The translations under genes were made by a program, and so were the position numbers. A stretch of DNA of 64,000 nucleotides from Betaproteobacteria bacterium (lineage in GTDB: Bacteria > Pseudomonadota > Gammaproteobacteria > Burkholderiales > SG8-41), in NCBI GenBank assembly GCA_032128415.1, contig JAQBGW010000063.1:3597-67596 (forward strand). Direction: 5' to 3'. Every line of letters begins with the position of its first letter. The stretch's first letter is position 1. Of this stretch, positions 1-8,406 are shown in pieces. Under the pieces are notes generated by a model. The model worked only from the letters and a program-made list of their open reading frames with translations, was not told where the DNA came from and did no database searches.

Positions 1-1
1 C

Positions 2-460
2 GCGCTGATCACCCAGAACATCGACGGCCTGCACCAGCGCGCCGGATTGCCCGCTACCAAGGTGATTGAAGTGCATGGCACGCTGCACACGGTGATGTGC
101 CTGAGTTGCGGCTGGCGCGGGCCGATGCAGGAAACGCTGGACCGGGTACGCGCCGGCGAAGAAGATCCGGCATGCCTCAAGTGCGACGGGCTGCTCAAAA
201 GCGACACGATATCCTTCGGCCAGCAACTGATCCCGACGGTGATTGACCGCGCGCTGCGCGTCGCGGCCGAAGGCGACCTGTTCATCGCCGTCGGCTCGAC
301 GCTGCAGGTTTATCCGGTGGCGGCAGCAGTGCCACTCGCGCTCGACGCCGGCGCGCGGCTGCTGATCATCAACGCCGAGCCCACGCAGTTTGACGATGTG
401 GCGGATGCGGTCATCCGCGCAGCGATCGGCGAGGTGCTGCCGCGGTTGTGTGGGGGTTGA
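2..460 (+). CDS. cobB: NAD-dependent protein deacylase, Sir2/CobB family (5' end outside window)
   Basis: The frame is open from the window edge. The translation ALITQNIDGLHQRAG...VIEVHGTL, the Zn-ribbon CLSCGW...CLKCDG and GSTLQVYPVA are sirtuin core motifs. Confidence 0.85.
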   Translation, partial: ALITQNIDGLHQRAGLPATKVIEVHGTLHTVMCLSCGWRGPMQETLDRVRAGEEDPACLKCDGLLKSDTISFGQQLIPTVIDRALRVAAEGDLFIAVGSTLQVYPVAAAVPLALDAGARLLIINAEPTQFDDVADAVIRAAIGEVLPRLCGG

Positions 461-492
461 TGTGGGTAGTGCCGGAATATTTCAGAACACGA

Positions 493-521
493 TTGAGCAT
501 GGCGTGACGCTGGTCTAATAT
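493..521 (+). promoter_or_regulatory. Predicted sigma70-type promoter, TTGAGC(493-498)-17 nt-TAATAT(516-521), with a CTGG-N13-CCAG dyad across the -10. This is copy A of a duplicated promoter/leader segment (488-577).
   Basis: Read directly from the sequence. The same architecture recurs at 1469-1497 at about 78 percent ungapped identity over about 68 nt. It lies about 85 nt upstream of the ATG at 607. Confidence 0.5.
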
Positions 522-606
522 GGTTGCCAGTTTCGTGCGCAGTGCATACTAAAAAATACAAACGGCACCACGTTGGACCGATGATTTTGGATATCAGGGG
601 GGAGTT

Positions 607-1413
607 ATGGCTGGTCTGGAAGCACACTATTCTGTGCGTGACATCGAAGCGCGTATCCTGGCGGCCATCCGCGCAGCCGGATTGAATCCCGAGCAACGCC
701 TGACGGTCGAAGCATTGGGGGCGCTGGACCATTTCCACACGGGTGGGCTGCACGCTTCCCGCGAGTTGCAGAAGATGGCGCAGATCCGGGCCGAAGATCG
801 CGTGCTCGATATAGGCGCCGGGCTGGCCGGTCCCGCCCGCATGCTCGCCGCCCACGGCTGCCGCGTCGACTGCATCGACATGGCGGACGATTTTTGTATA
901 GGCGCAAAACTGCTGAACCGGCTGACCGGCCTTGAAGACCGGATCGCAGTGCACAAGGGAAGTGCGCTCGATCTGCCGTTTCCCGATGCTTCGTTTGACG
1001 TCGTCTGGATGCAGAACGTCGGCATGAACATCGCGGACAAGCGGAAACTCTACTCGGAGATCTGCCGCGTGCTCAAACCGGGCGGCCGGTTTGCCTTTCA
1101 GGAGATGGCCGCGGGGAAAGTGGCTACGTCCTATTTTCCCCTGCCGTGGGCCAGCGATCCGACCGACAACTTCCTGATCACTGGCGAAGAGATGCAGTCG
1201 ATGCTCGGCGAGAGTGGGTTTATCGCGGAATTTTTTGAGGACACCAGCGACGCGCATTTGAACGTTGGTACCGCTAACGCCACGCCCGCTGCGCCGGGAC
1301 AGCTGGGTTTGGCGGTGTATGTCGACAATCTCGCACAAAAAGGCGGGAACGCGCGGCGCAGCCTTGAGGAAGGCCAGGTCCGGCTGGTCAGGGGAGTGTT
1401 TCGGGTGAAATGA
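607..1413 (+). CDS. Class I SAM-dependent methyltransferase (type 11 domain)
   Basis: SAM-binding motif I VLDIGAGLAGPA. Post-I acidic residue CIDMADDF. GGRFAF motif. GGGGGAG Shine-Dalgarno sequence just upstream of the ATG. Confidence 0.8.
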   Translation: MAGLEAHYSVRDIEARILAAIRAAGLNPEQRLTVEALGALDHFHTGGLHASRELQKMAQIRAEDRVLDIGAGLAGPARMLAAHGCRVDCIDMADDFCIGAKLLNRLTGLEDRIAVHKGSALDLPFPDASFDVVWMQNVGMNIADKRKLYSEICRVLKPGGRFAFQEMAAGKVATSYFPLPWASDPTDNFLITGEEMQSMLGESGFIAEFFEDTSDAHLNVGTANATPAAPGQLGLAVYVDNLAQKGGNARRSLEEGQVRLVRGVFRVK

Positions 1414-1468
1414 GTTGCCGCGCGAGTGTGCAGCCTGAGATGAGGCGACTGGTAATTTTGGCGCACGA

Positions 1469-1497
1469 TTGAGCGTGACGTGACGCTGGCATAAGAT
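1469..1497 (+). promoter_or_regulatory. Predicted sigma70-type promoter, TTGAGC(1469-1474)-17 nt-TAAGAT(1492-1497), with GCTGGC-N11-GCCAGC (CTGG-N13-CCAG) dyad. This is copy B of the duplicated segment (1464-1552).
   Basis: Read directly from the sequence. Homologous to 488-577. Confidence 0.5.
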
Positions 1498-1563
1498 GGG
1501 CGCCAGCTTGGGGCAAAGTGTCAACTAAAAATGTCAACTACTTCACGTTAGGCACAAAACAAA

Positions 1564-2436
1564 TTGGTGGTCGAAATGCTTGATGGTGTAATGCTTCTTT
1601 GGTTCGTGCTTACTGCGCTATCTCTACTGTTTGTAGTCGTTGATATTCGCGGAACGCCCGAATCCCCGGTTCTCAAATGGGGATTCGTATTACTTACTGC
1701 ATACACAGGACCAATTGGGGCCTTTCTTTACGTAATCGGCTGCCGAGAACCACTGCCGGGACTGCATAAGCGCTACGTGGCGGTGCGATGGCGGCAGGTG
1801 CTCGGCTCGACGATGCATTGTGTGGCGGGGGATGGTGTAGGTATTCTGGCAGGCGCTGTAATCGCTAGTTTCTTGCATCTGTCCAAAGTGCCCGATATTG
1901 CGTTGGAGTACCTTTTGGGCTTTGGTTTCGGCTGGGCGATTTTTCAGGCTCTTTTCATGCGAGATGAGGCAGGCGGCTCATATGTCCGCGCACTCTCCAG
2001 CACCTTTCTTCCGGAGTTGCTGTCCATGAACTATCTGATGGCAGGCATGGTGCCAACAATGATTTTGGCGAGGAATTATGTTCCGGCGAGCGGCGATCCC
2101 CTCGATCCGGCATTTTGGTTCGTTATGTCCATGGCCCTTCTCGTTGGTTTCATCACTGCGTATCCCATGAATTGGTGGCTGGTATCCAATCATATGAAAC
2201 ACGGGATGATGACCGTGGGGGCAACGGAGCAGCCAGCGATTAACCGAGCAAGCGAAAGCCTGGACGCGGGCCATTCCACAAACCATGACGACGAGAAGTC
2301 GCAGCCTAAGGGCGAGCACGCTATGCACGAAAATGTAGAGAAGGTTTCACGCAGCAAACTTGTCTGGGTAACTATGCTCTCGTTTCTAGTGTTTGCCTTG
2401 GGATTGGCTGCTGCGGCTACATTCGGTGGGGTATAG
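1564..2436 (+). CDS. DUF4396-family integral membrane protein
   Basis: Multi-TM protein. The N-terminal pattern LLWFVLTALSLLFVVVDIRG...LKWGFVLLTAYTGPIGAFLYV is typical of DUF4396 as I recall the family. The ORF starts at TTG 1564; ATG 1576 is an alternative start. Confidence 0.65.
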   Translation: MVVEMLDGVMLLWFVLTALSLLFVVVDIRGTPESPVLKWGFVLLTAYTGPIGAFLYVIGCREPLPGLHKRYVAVRWRQVLGSTMHCVAGDGVGILAGAVIASFLHLSKVPDIALEYLLGFGFGWAIFQALFMRDEAGGSYVRALSSTFLPELLSMNYLMAGMVPTMILARNYVPASGDPLDPAFWFVMSMALLVGFITAYPMNWWLVSNHMKHGMMTVGATEQPAINRASESLDAGHSTNHDDEKSQPKGEHAMHENVEKVSRSKLVWVTMLSFLVFALGLAAAATFGGV

Positions 2437-2565
2437 GCCGCGCATATGCTCAAGCGTAGACAAATTGAAATATTCGCGCCTAACTGTCAGCTCAAGCGGG
2501 ACTGGTTTCCCGCTGCGCTCCAAACCAGCCCCTTAGCTGGGCGTTAGTGTTTCCTCGATAGCGAT

Positions 2566-3876
2566 CTACTTCTTCTTCGCCGCCTTTTTCTTCGCGGGTT
2601 TCTTTTTCGAGGCTTTTTTCGCCACCGCCTTGCGTGCCGTCGCAGCTTTCTTCGGCTTCATCCCTTTGGTCAAAACACCGCGCAGCCACGCCCACGACGC
2701 CGGGCCCCATTCGCGTTCGTTCTTGGCTGCGATATGACCGTCATCCGCATACACGCGCGCCACACGGCCGTCAGCCGGACCTGATTCCAGCAGCATGTAG
2801 AGATTGCCGATAGGGGTCAGGTGGTCGATCTTGCCGTTGACCAGGTACATCGGCATGGTCAGTTTGTCGAGCAGGCCCTGATCTTTCAGTGACCAGCGGA
2901 GGAAATCCTTGCGATGTTCTTCTTCGGTCATTTCCTTTAACGGTGGCCGTGAGCCGCGCGGGCCGAACCAGTTGGTGCGCGCGCGCTCATAGGCCGCTTT
3001 GCGCCACTCGGCGCGTTCTTCGGGCTCGCCCCAGTAACCGACTCCGCCCGGCGCGCAGGCGATCAGGCCCTTGATGCGCGCATCGTGTGCGGCGAGGCGA
3101 ATCACCCATTGGCCGCCGCGGCTGACGCCGAAAGCGCCGATGCGATCGCCGTCGATTTCGGGGCGCTTTTGCAGCACATCGAGCGCGGCCTGCCACGCCA
3201 CTACCGATTCCGGCGCATGCGGGAACGTGGTCTCGCCCGTGCCCGGCGCATCGACCACCAGTGCCGCCATGCCCTGCGACAGCGCACCTTCGGCATATTT
3301 CTCGCGGTCCTCCTTGTACATGTCGGCGCCGCACATCACCAGCACGGCCGGCACCTTGTTTGATTTCGACGCGCCTTTCGGCAAACGCAAATAACCGGTG
3401 GCTTTCATGCCATTCTTTTTGACGGTGATGACTTCCGGCTGGTCCGGCAGCAGCGCAGCGGATTTGCGGTAGCAGCGCAGGTAATCTTCGTACGACTGCG
3501 CCTTGATCGGACTCATGTTAGGCGGGCAGATCGACGAGCCTGACCAGTACGGCGAGGGGAAACGCGCGAGGCTGTAGTAAGTCTTGCCCTGGATGTAGGC
3601 CTGGCGTGCACCGGTTTTGTCCTTGCGCGCGAGCAGCGCGTCGCCTTTTTTCTCGTACTCTGCGCCGACCGCACTCCACACCGGCACCCAGTCTTCGTCT
3701 TCAGTGCTTTTTATTTTCGCGACGGTGTCGATCAACAATTGTATGTCGTCGATCAGGTTGAACCAGCGACGGTAAAAGCCGCCGATGCCGACGACAAACG
3801 GATCTTCGTCCGCGCGCATCGGCAGTGAGGCGAGAATGGCGGTTTTGTTCTTGGCGTTCTGCAGGGTTGTGCTCAT
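2566..3876 (-). CDS. Alpha/beta hydrolase (FrsA/DUF1100-like esterase) with a lysine/alanine-rich histone-H1-like C-terminal tail
   Basis: Nucleophile elbow GVSRGG. Hydrolase-fold spacing (VLVMCGADMY ... DHLTP ... DDGH). The last ~33 aa are KKAATARKAVAKKASKKKPAKKKAAKKK. Confidence 0.75.
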   Translation of the reverse strand: MSTTLQNAKNKTAILASLPMRADEDPFVVGIGGFYRRWFNLIDDIQLLIDTVAKIKSTEDEDWVPVWSAVGAEYEKKGDALLARKDKTGARQAYIQGKTYYSLARFPSPYWSGSSICPPNMSPIKAQSYEDYLRCYRKSAALLPDQPEVITVKKNGMKATGYLRLPKGASKSNKVPAVLVMCGADMYKEDREKYAEGALSQGMAALVVDAPGTGETTFPHAPESVVAWQAALDVLQKRPEIDGDRIGAFGVSRGGQWVIRLAAHDARIKGLIACAPGGVGYWGEPEERAEWRKAAYERARTNWFGPRGSRPPLKEMTEEEHRKDFLRWSLKDQGLLDKLTMPMYLVNGKIDHLTPIGNLYMLLESGPADGRVARVYADDGHIAAKNEREWGPASWAWLRGVLTKGMKPKKAATARKAVAKKASKKKPAKKKAAKKK

Positions 3877-4151
3877 GGGTTCCCTTTGAAGAAAAATCGT
3901 GGTCGCAGTCGTGTTCGCGGAGGCGCTTATTCTGGCGCAAGCCCAAATTGGACGCTACGGGGCTGTTACCGTTAAGGTCACAATCTGATATCCATGACGG
4001 ATCATCACTAACTTATTGATTTAATTTATTTGTTTTGTGCATGGCGCGAGACTGTGCAACACGGCGCATCAATATGCGGACCCTGACCACGAAGCTTCCC
4101 ACAGCTGCCGCAGCTTGAGCCACAATGCCAGCTTCATCAGGAGGAGGGAAA

Positions 4152-5162
4152 ATGAAAACAACAATCATCAGCATGGCGCGCACTCTGGCCCGTCGCGGAG
4201 TTGTCGCAGGTGTGGTGCTCAGCAGCGTTGCGGTGTGGTCACCATCCGTATTCGCTGCGGCAGGTTATCCCGAGCGGCCGATCCGCATGATAGTGCCGCA
4301 GAACGTCGGCAGTTCGACCGACAACGGCGCGCGCATCGTGGCCGCCGGACTGTCGCTCGCACTCGGACAGCAGATCGTGGTTGATAATCGACCGGGCGGC
4401 GCGCTGCAGCTGGGACTGGAAATCGCTGCGGCAGCACCGGCGGACGGCTACACCATAGCCTATACGCCGATAGGCGCGCTGGCGATTGCGCCGCATTTGC
4501 TGCGCAAGCCGCGGGTCAATGCATTGCGCGAATTCGGGCCGATCGGACAGACACTGACCGGACATCAGATCATCATTGTCGGCCCTAAGTCGCCATTCAA
4601 GACCTTGCAGGACGTCATCGCTTACGCGAAGCAGAATCCGGACAAACTGTCCAACGGTTCTTCGAGCAATGGTTCACCGGGGCATATCGGGTTTGAGTTA
4701 TTGAAAACCATGACCGGCATCAAGATTGTGCACATACCGTACAAGGGTGGTGCTGCGGCGCTGGTGGACCTGATGGCCGGTCGGATACAGGTCATGCTGG
4801 AAGGCCTCAACTCCGCGACGTCGCATGTCAAGGCGGGTCGTGTGCGTGGACTGGCCGTGACCGGGCCCAAACGATCGCCGGTATTGCCGAACATCCCGAC
4901 TGTGGCTGAAGCCGGTGTACCCGGTTTCGTAATGACGGTCTGGCACGGCATGGTGGCGCCGATCAATACACCGCGTGCGATCATCCAGGTGCTCAATGCC
5001 GCGCTCAACAAGGCGATTACCTCACCTGAAGGTACGAAGCGAATACTCGCGCTGGGATCGGAGCCGGCACCCGGCACGCCGGAGGAATTCTGGAAACTGG
5101 TGCGCAGCGACCGTGAACGCTGGGGCAAGGTGATCAAACAGGCCGGAGCAAAAATCGATTGA
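4152..5162 (+). CDS. Bug-family (TctC-like) tripartite tricarboxylate transporter substrate-binding protein
   Basis: Signal peptide MKTTIISMARTL...VFAAAG. Bug signatures VDNRPGG, SSSNGSPGH and HIPYKGG. AGGAGGAGGG Shine-Dalgarno before ATG 4152. Confidence 0.9.
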   Translation: MKTTIISMARTLARRGVVAGVVLSSVAVWSPSVFAAAGYPERPIRMIVPQNVGSSTDNGARIVAAGLSLALGQQIVVDNRPGGALQLGLEIAAAAPADGYTIAYTPIGALAIAPHLLRKPRVNALREFGPIGQTLTGHQIIIVGPKSPFKTLQDVIAYAKQNPDKLSNGSSSNGSPGHIGFELLKTMTGIKIVHIPYKGGAAALVDLMAGRIQVMLEGLNSATSHVKAGRVRGLAVTGPKRSPVLPNIPTVAEAGVPGFVMTVWHGMVAPINTPRAIIQVLNAALNKAITSPEGTKRILALGSEPAPGTPEEFWKLVRSDRERWGKVIKQAGAKID

Positions 5163-6145
5163 ACGCGCGGCAACCTGACGTTGCGGTTGAAGAGTTCATG
5201 ATCCCGGCGCGGGATGCCGGGATCGAACTCTACGTACGGAATCGCTATCCGCGCGGGCAAACACAATTTAATCCTGATCGTGTACTGCTGTTTGTGCACG
5301 GCTCCACTTATCCCGCCGAGGCGGTGTTCGACTATCCGTTGAACGGCCTGTCGTGGATGCAATACATCGCGGCCCGCGGTTTCGATGTGTATCTGGTCGA
5401 TGTGCGCGGTTACGGGCGCTCGACGCGGCCCGCGGCGATGGACGGTCCGCCGCAGCAGGGTGCGCCGGTGGCACGCACGGCGGAAGCTGTGGCGGATGTC
5501 GGCGCTGCCGTGGACTTTATCTGTAAACGCCGCAACATCACCGCGCTGAACCTGATGGGCTGGTCATGGGGCACGACCATCATGTCCACCTATACATCGC
5601 GTAACAACGACCGTGTGCGCAAGCTGGTGCTCAATGCGCCGCGATGGCTGAGCGACGGGCCGTCAAAGCTGGATGCCGGCGGGCCGCTGGGCGCCTGGCG
5701 CGCGGCGACCCGCGAGACCACGCGTCAGCACTGGTTCGGTGGTGTGCCGCCGCATAAAATCGAAGAGGTCATTGCGCCGGCGGCGTATGAGGCCTGGTTG
5801 ATAGCGGCGATGGCCACCGATCCGGTAGGCGCTGCGATGAACCCGCCGATCATGCGCGCGCCCAACGGCACGCTGCTCGACACGCGGGAATACTGGACGC
5901 AGGGCAAATCGCCGTACGATCCGGCGGATATCCGCGTGCCGGTGTTAATGACGCATGCCGAATGGGATCACGTATTGCCGGCTGGCATGGCGCACGGTTT
6001 GTACGCCAAACTGGTGAATGCGCCGTACAAACGCCATGTCGAGTTCAGCGAAGGCACGCATTATCTGATGCTCGAAAAAAATCGCATGCAGGTGCTGCGT
6101 GAAGTGCAGCATTTTCTGGAAGAACAATGTCAGGCTGGAGAATAG
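5159..6145 (+). CDS. Alpha/beta hydrolase
   Basis: LLFVHGSTYP oxyanion region, nucleophile elbow GWSWGT, C-terminal His region EGTHYLMLE. TTG 5159 overlaps the upstream stop (TTGA); ATG 5198 is an alternative start. Confidence 0.75.
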   Translation: MNARQPDVAVEEFMIPARDAGIELYVRNRYPRGQTQFNPDRVLLFVHGSTYPAEAVFDYPLNGLSWMQYIAARGFDVYLVDVRGYGRSTRPAAMDGPPQQGAPVARTAEAVADVGAAVDFICKRRNITALNLMGWSWGTTIMSTYTSRNNDRVRKLVLNAPRWLSDGPSKLDAGGPLGAWRAATRETTRQHWFGGVPPHKIEEVIAPAAYEAWLIAAMATDPVGAAMNPPIMRAPNGTLLDTREYWTQGKSPYDPADIRVPVLMTHAEWDHVLPAGMAHGLYAKLVNAPYKRHVEFSEGTHYLMLEKNRMQVLREVQHFLEEQCQAGE

Positions 6146-6160
6146 TCATTACGTAATACA

Positions 6161-6184
6161 TTGTAACTAATTGATTTTATTTAA
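6161..6184 (-). repeat. AT-rich dispersed intergenic motif, reverse orientation (consensus ATCAATAAAAACAATTAGTTACAT)
   Basis: The reverse complement reads TTAAATAAAATCAATTAGTTACAA. About 20/24 positions match the consensus derived from copies at 31468 and 46616. Confidence 0.5.
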
Positions 6185-6304
6185 TAAATTGTAATGGAAG
6201 GGTTGGTGACGGCGAACCATCAGTTCATTCGGGAACTGATGTCTCATCGTGCAGCTCATCATCAGCCCTATTGTGCTGCACTGATTTTTCGAGGAGGAAC
6301 GACC

Positions 6305-7273
6305 ATGAAAAACATAACAAGACTGATTTTGCTGGTGGTCCTGACGATGACCGGAGTGGTCTGGGCGCAAAACTATCCGTCCAGGACGGTGCGCATCATG
6401 GTCGGTTATTCGCCGGGCGGTGGCGTCGATACCACGGCGCGCATCATGGCGCAGGCGCTGTCGGAATTATGGGGCACTACCGTAATTGTTGAAAACCGGC
6501 CTGGTGCTTCCGGCAATATCGCAACCGAGGTGACGGCGAAGGCCGCCCCGGACGGCTATACGCTGGTGTTGTGCAACATCGGTTCACACGCGGTAACCCC
6601 GGCGCGTTTTGCCAAGCGGCTGAATTACGATCCGGTTGGCGATTTCGCCTTTCCGGTCAGGATCGGCGGCATCCCCAATGTGTTCATGGTGCATCCGTCA
6701 ATGCCGATCCAGACGCTGCAGCAATACATCGACTATGCGAAGAGACATCCGGGCAAACTGAATTTCGGTTCTTCCGGCGTTGGTGGATCGCCGCATTTGT
6801 CGATCGAGCTGTGGAAATCCATCAGCAAGATCGACATTGTGCATGTGCCATACAAGGGTGCGGCCCTCGCGCTGGCCGACGTTATGAGTGGGCACATGGA
6901 ATCATCGGTGGGCAATCTGGCCGGCGGGCCGCTGGGAGCGATCAAGGCCAAACGCGTGCGTGCACTGGCAGTGACGTCGGCAGAACGCAACGCACAGGTA
7001 CCGGAGGTGCCGACGTTTGCCGAATCGGGCGTGTCCGGGTATGACGTCACCGGCTGGTACGGGCTGTGCACGCAAGCGAAAGTGCCGCAGCCGATTCTCG
7101 ACAAACTGGCCGCCGACGGCGCCAAGGTGCTCGCCGGGCCGCTGAAGAAGCGGCTGGAAAAACAGGGCATCACGGTAACGCCATCGACGCCCGAGCAGTT
7201 TGCTGCGCACGTCAAATCCGAGATTGCCAAGTGGACCAAGGTCATCAAGGACGCGAAGCTGGAGGGGATCTGA
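6305..7273 (+). CDS. Bug-family (TctC-like) substrate-binding protein
   Basis: Signal peptide MKNITRLILLVVLTMTGVVWAQ. Bug signatures ENRPGASG, GSSGVGGSPH and HVPYKGA. The start was moved to the internal ATG preceded by GAGGAGGA. Confidence 0.9.
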   Translation: MKNITRLILLVVLTMTGVVWAQNYPSRTVRIMVGYSPGGGVDTTARIMAQALSELWGTTVIVENRPGASGNIATEVTAKAAPDGYTLVLCNIGSHAVTPARFAKRLNYDPVGDFAFPVRIGGIPNVFMVHPSMPIQTLQQYIDYAKRHPGKLNFGSSGVGGSPHLSIELWKSISKIDIVHVPYKGAALALADVMSGHMESSVGNLAGGPLGAIKAKRVRALAVTSAERNAQVPEVPTFAESGVSGYDVTGWYGLCTQAKVPQPILDKLAADGAKVLAGPLKKRLEKQGITVTPSTPEQFAAHVKSEIAKWTKVIKDAKLEGI

Positions 7274-7339
7274 TGGAGCCAGCGATGAGTGCTCCCGAAC
7301 AGTTGTGATCGCATTCGTATCCACCGGGAATAATTTGTC

Positions 7340-7849
7340 ATGAATACCACCACCGCGCAGATGCTGGCCCGTTATAACGCCTGGTCCGACAAGGTGATGT
7401 TTGATGGTGTTGCGGCGCTGCCGGAAGGCGAGGCGCTGAAACCCCGCATATCGCTGTTCAAAAACATGGTGCATACGCTCAATCATATCTACGTGATCGA
7501 CCGCATCTGGCAGGCGCATCTGGAAGGCCGCGACCATGGCTATGATGCGCGCAATACCAAGGATCATCCGCCGCTGGCCGAACTGCACAAGCTGCAGCAG
7601 GACATCGACCAGTGGTATATCGACTGGAGCGATGCGCAGTCCGACGCGACACTCGCCGAAACCGTTCAGTACACGCTGATCGGCGGTAATAAAGGTGCGA
7701 TGACCCGTGGCGAAATCCTGCTGCATGTGGTGATGCATACCAATTATCACCGTGGCTTTGTCGCCGACATGATGTTCCAGGTCAGCGGGCACCGGGCGCC
7801 GACTATGGATTTGCCCGTTTATGCGGGGAAAATACGCGCTGCAGTTTGA
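7340..7849 (+). CDS. DinB-family protein (four-helix-bundle metalloenzyme-like)
   Basis: The N-terminal YNAWSD pattern plus His motifs HTLNHIYVIDRIW and HVVMHTNYHRG are typical of PF05163. Confidence 0.7.
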   Translation: MNTTTAQMLARYNAWSDKVMFDGVAALPEGEALKPRISLFKNMVHTLNHIYVIDRIWQAHLEGRDHGYDARNTKDHPPLAELHKLQQDIDQWYIDWSDAQSDATLAETVQYTLIGGNKGAMTRGEILLHVVMHTNYHRGFVADMMFQVSGHRAPTMDLPVYAGKIRAAV

Positions 7850-7937
7850 CCGGTAGCGGCACGGCGGGTAGCATCTGGACAACTTGCTGCACCGTGCGCG
7901 GAGCAGCTTCTTTCACGCTCGCGAACGGAGGCATCCC

Positions 7938-8372
7938 ATGACCGAACGCACAATCCGCGAAATCATAGACGGTCAGGAATTACTGACCGCCCCGGCCGGT
8001 ATGACCGTGGCCGAGGCCGCACGACTGATGCGGCAACGCAATGTCGGTGCAGTGATGGTGGTCGATGGCGATAAGCTCGCCGGCGTATTCACCGAGCGCG
8101 ACGCGCTGTTTCGCGTCGTTGCCACCGGGCTGGATGTGACCAGCACCCCGCTCAGTATGGTGATGACCAAGGATCCGAAGTCCATCGCACCGGATCGCTC
8201 GTTCGCGCAGGCGCTGGGCATGATGCACGAAGGTCGCTTTCGCCATCTCCCGGTTGTCGAAGACGGCTGCCCTATCGGCATGATTTCCGTAAGCGACGCT
8301 TTCGGGCCGGAGCTCGAGGCTTTTATTTACGAGCTGCTGCGCCAGGAGCAGGCCAGCCAGATCCTGGCGTAG
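7938..8372 (+). CDS. CBS domain-containing protein
   Basis: Tandem CBS pattern (VGAVMVVDGDKLAGVFTERD; FRHLPVVEDGCPIGMISVSD). GGAG Shine-Dalgarno before ATG 7938. Confidence 0.8.
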   Translation: MTERTIREIIDGQELLTAPAGMTVAEAARLMRQRNVGAVMVVDGDKLAGVFTERDALFRVVATGLDVTSTPLSMVMTKDPKSIAPDRSFAQALGMMHEGRFRHLPVVEDGCPIGMISVSDAFGPELEAFIYELLRQEQASQILA

Positions 8373-8406
8373 GGCGGCCTGTTAACGATTACCGCTTGAG
8401 ACGCGA

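Noticed and set aside
310-1524. A 404-aa ORF on the minus strand.
   Set aside because: It is antisense to the well-supported methyltransferase gene and spans two promoter regions. Its Arg/Pro/Gly/Ala-rich composition is typical of shadow ORFs in GC-rich DNA.
2495-2514. A hairpin AGCGGGA-CTGGTT-TCCCGCT between convergent genes, considered as a possible terminator.
   Set aside because: The stem is only 7 bp and there is no flanking T- or A-run, so support is insufficient to call a terminator.
4011-4040. A possible seventh, degenerate copy of the AT-rich motif (reverse complement ...AAAACAAATAAATTAAATCAATAAGTTAGTG).
   Set aside because: It shares only CAATAAGTTA and an AAAACAA block in rearranged spacing, which is too weak to count as a copy.
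6902-7882. A 326-aa ORF on the minus strand.
   Set aside because: It is antisense to the Bug receptor and DinB genes and crosses their intergenic gap. No motifs were found.
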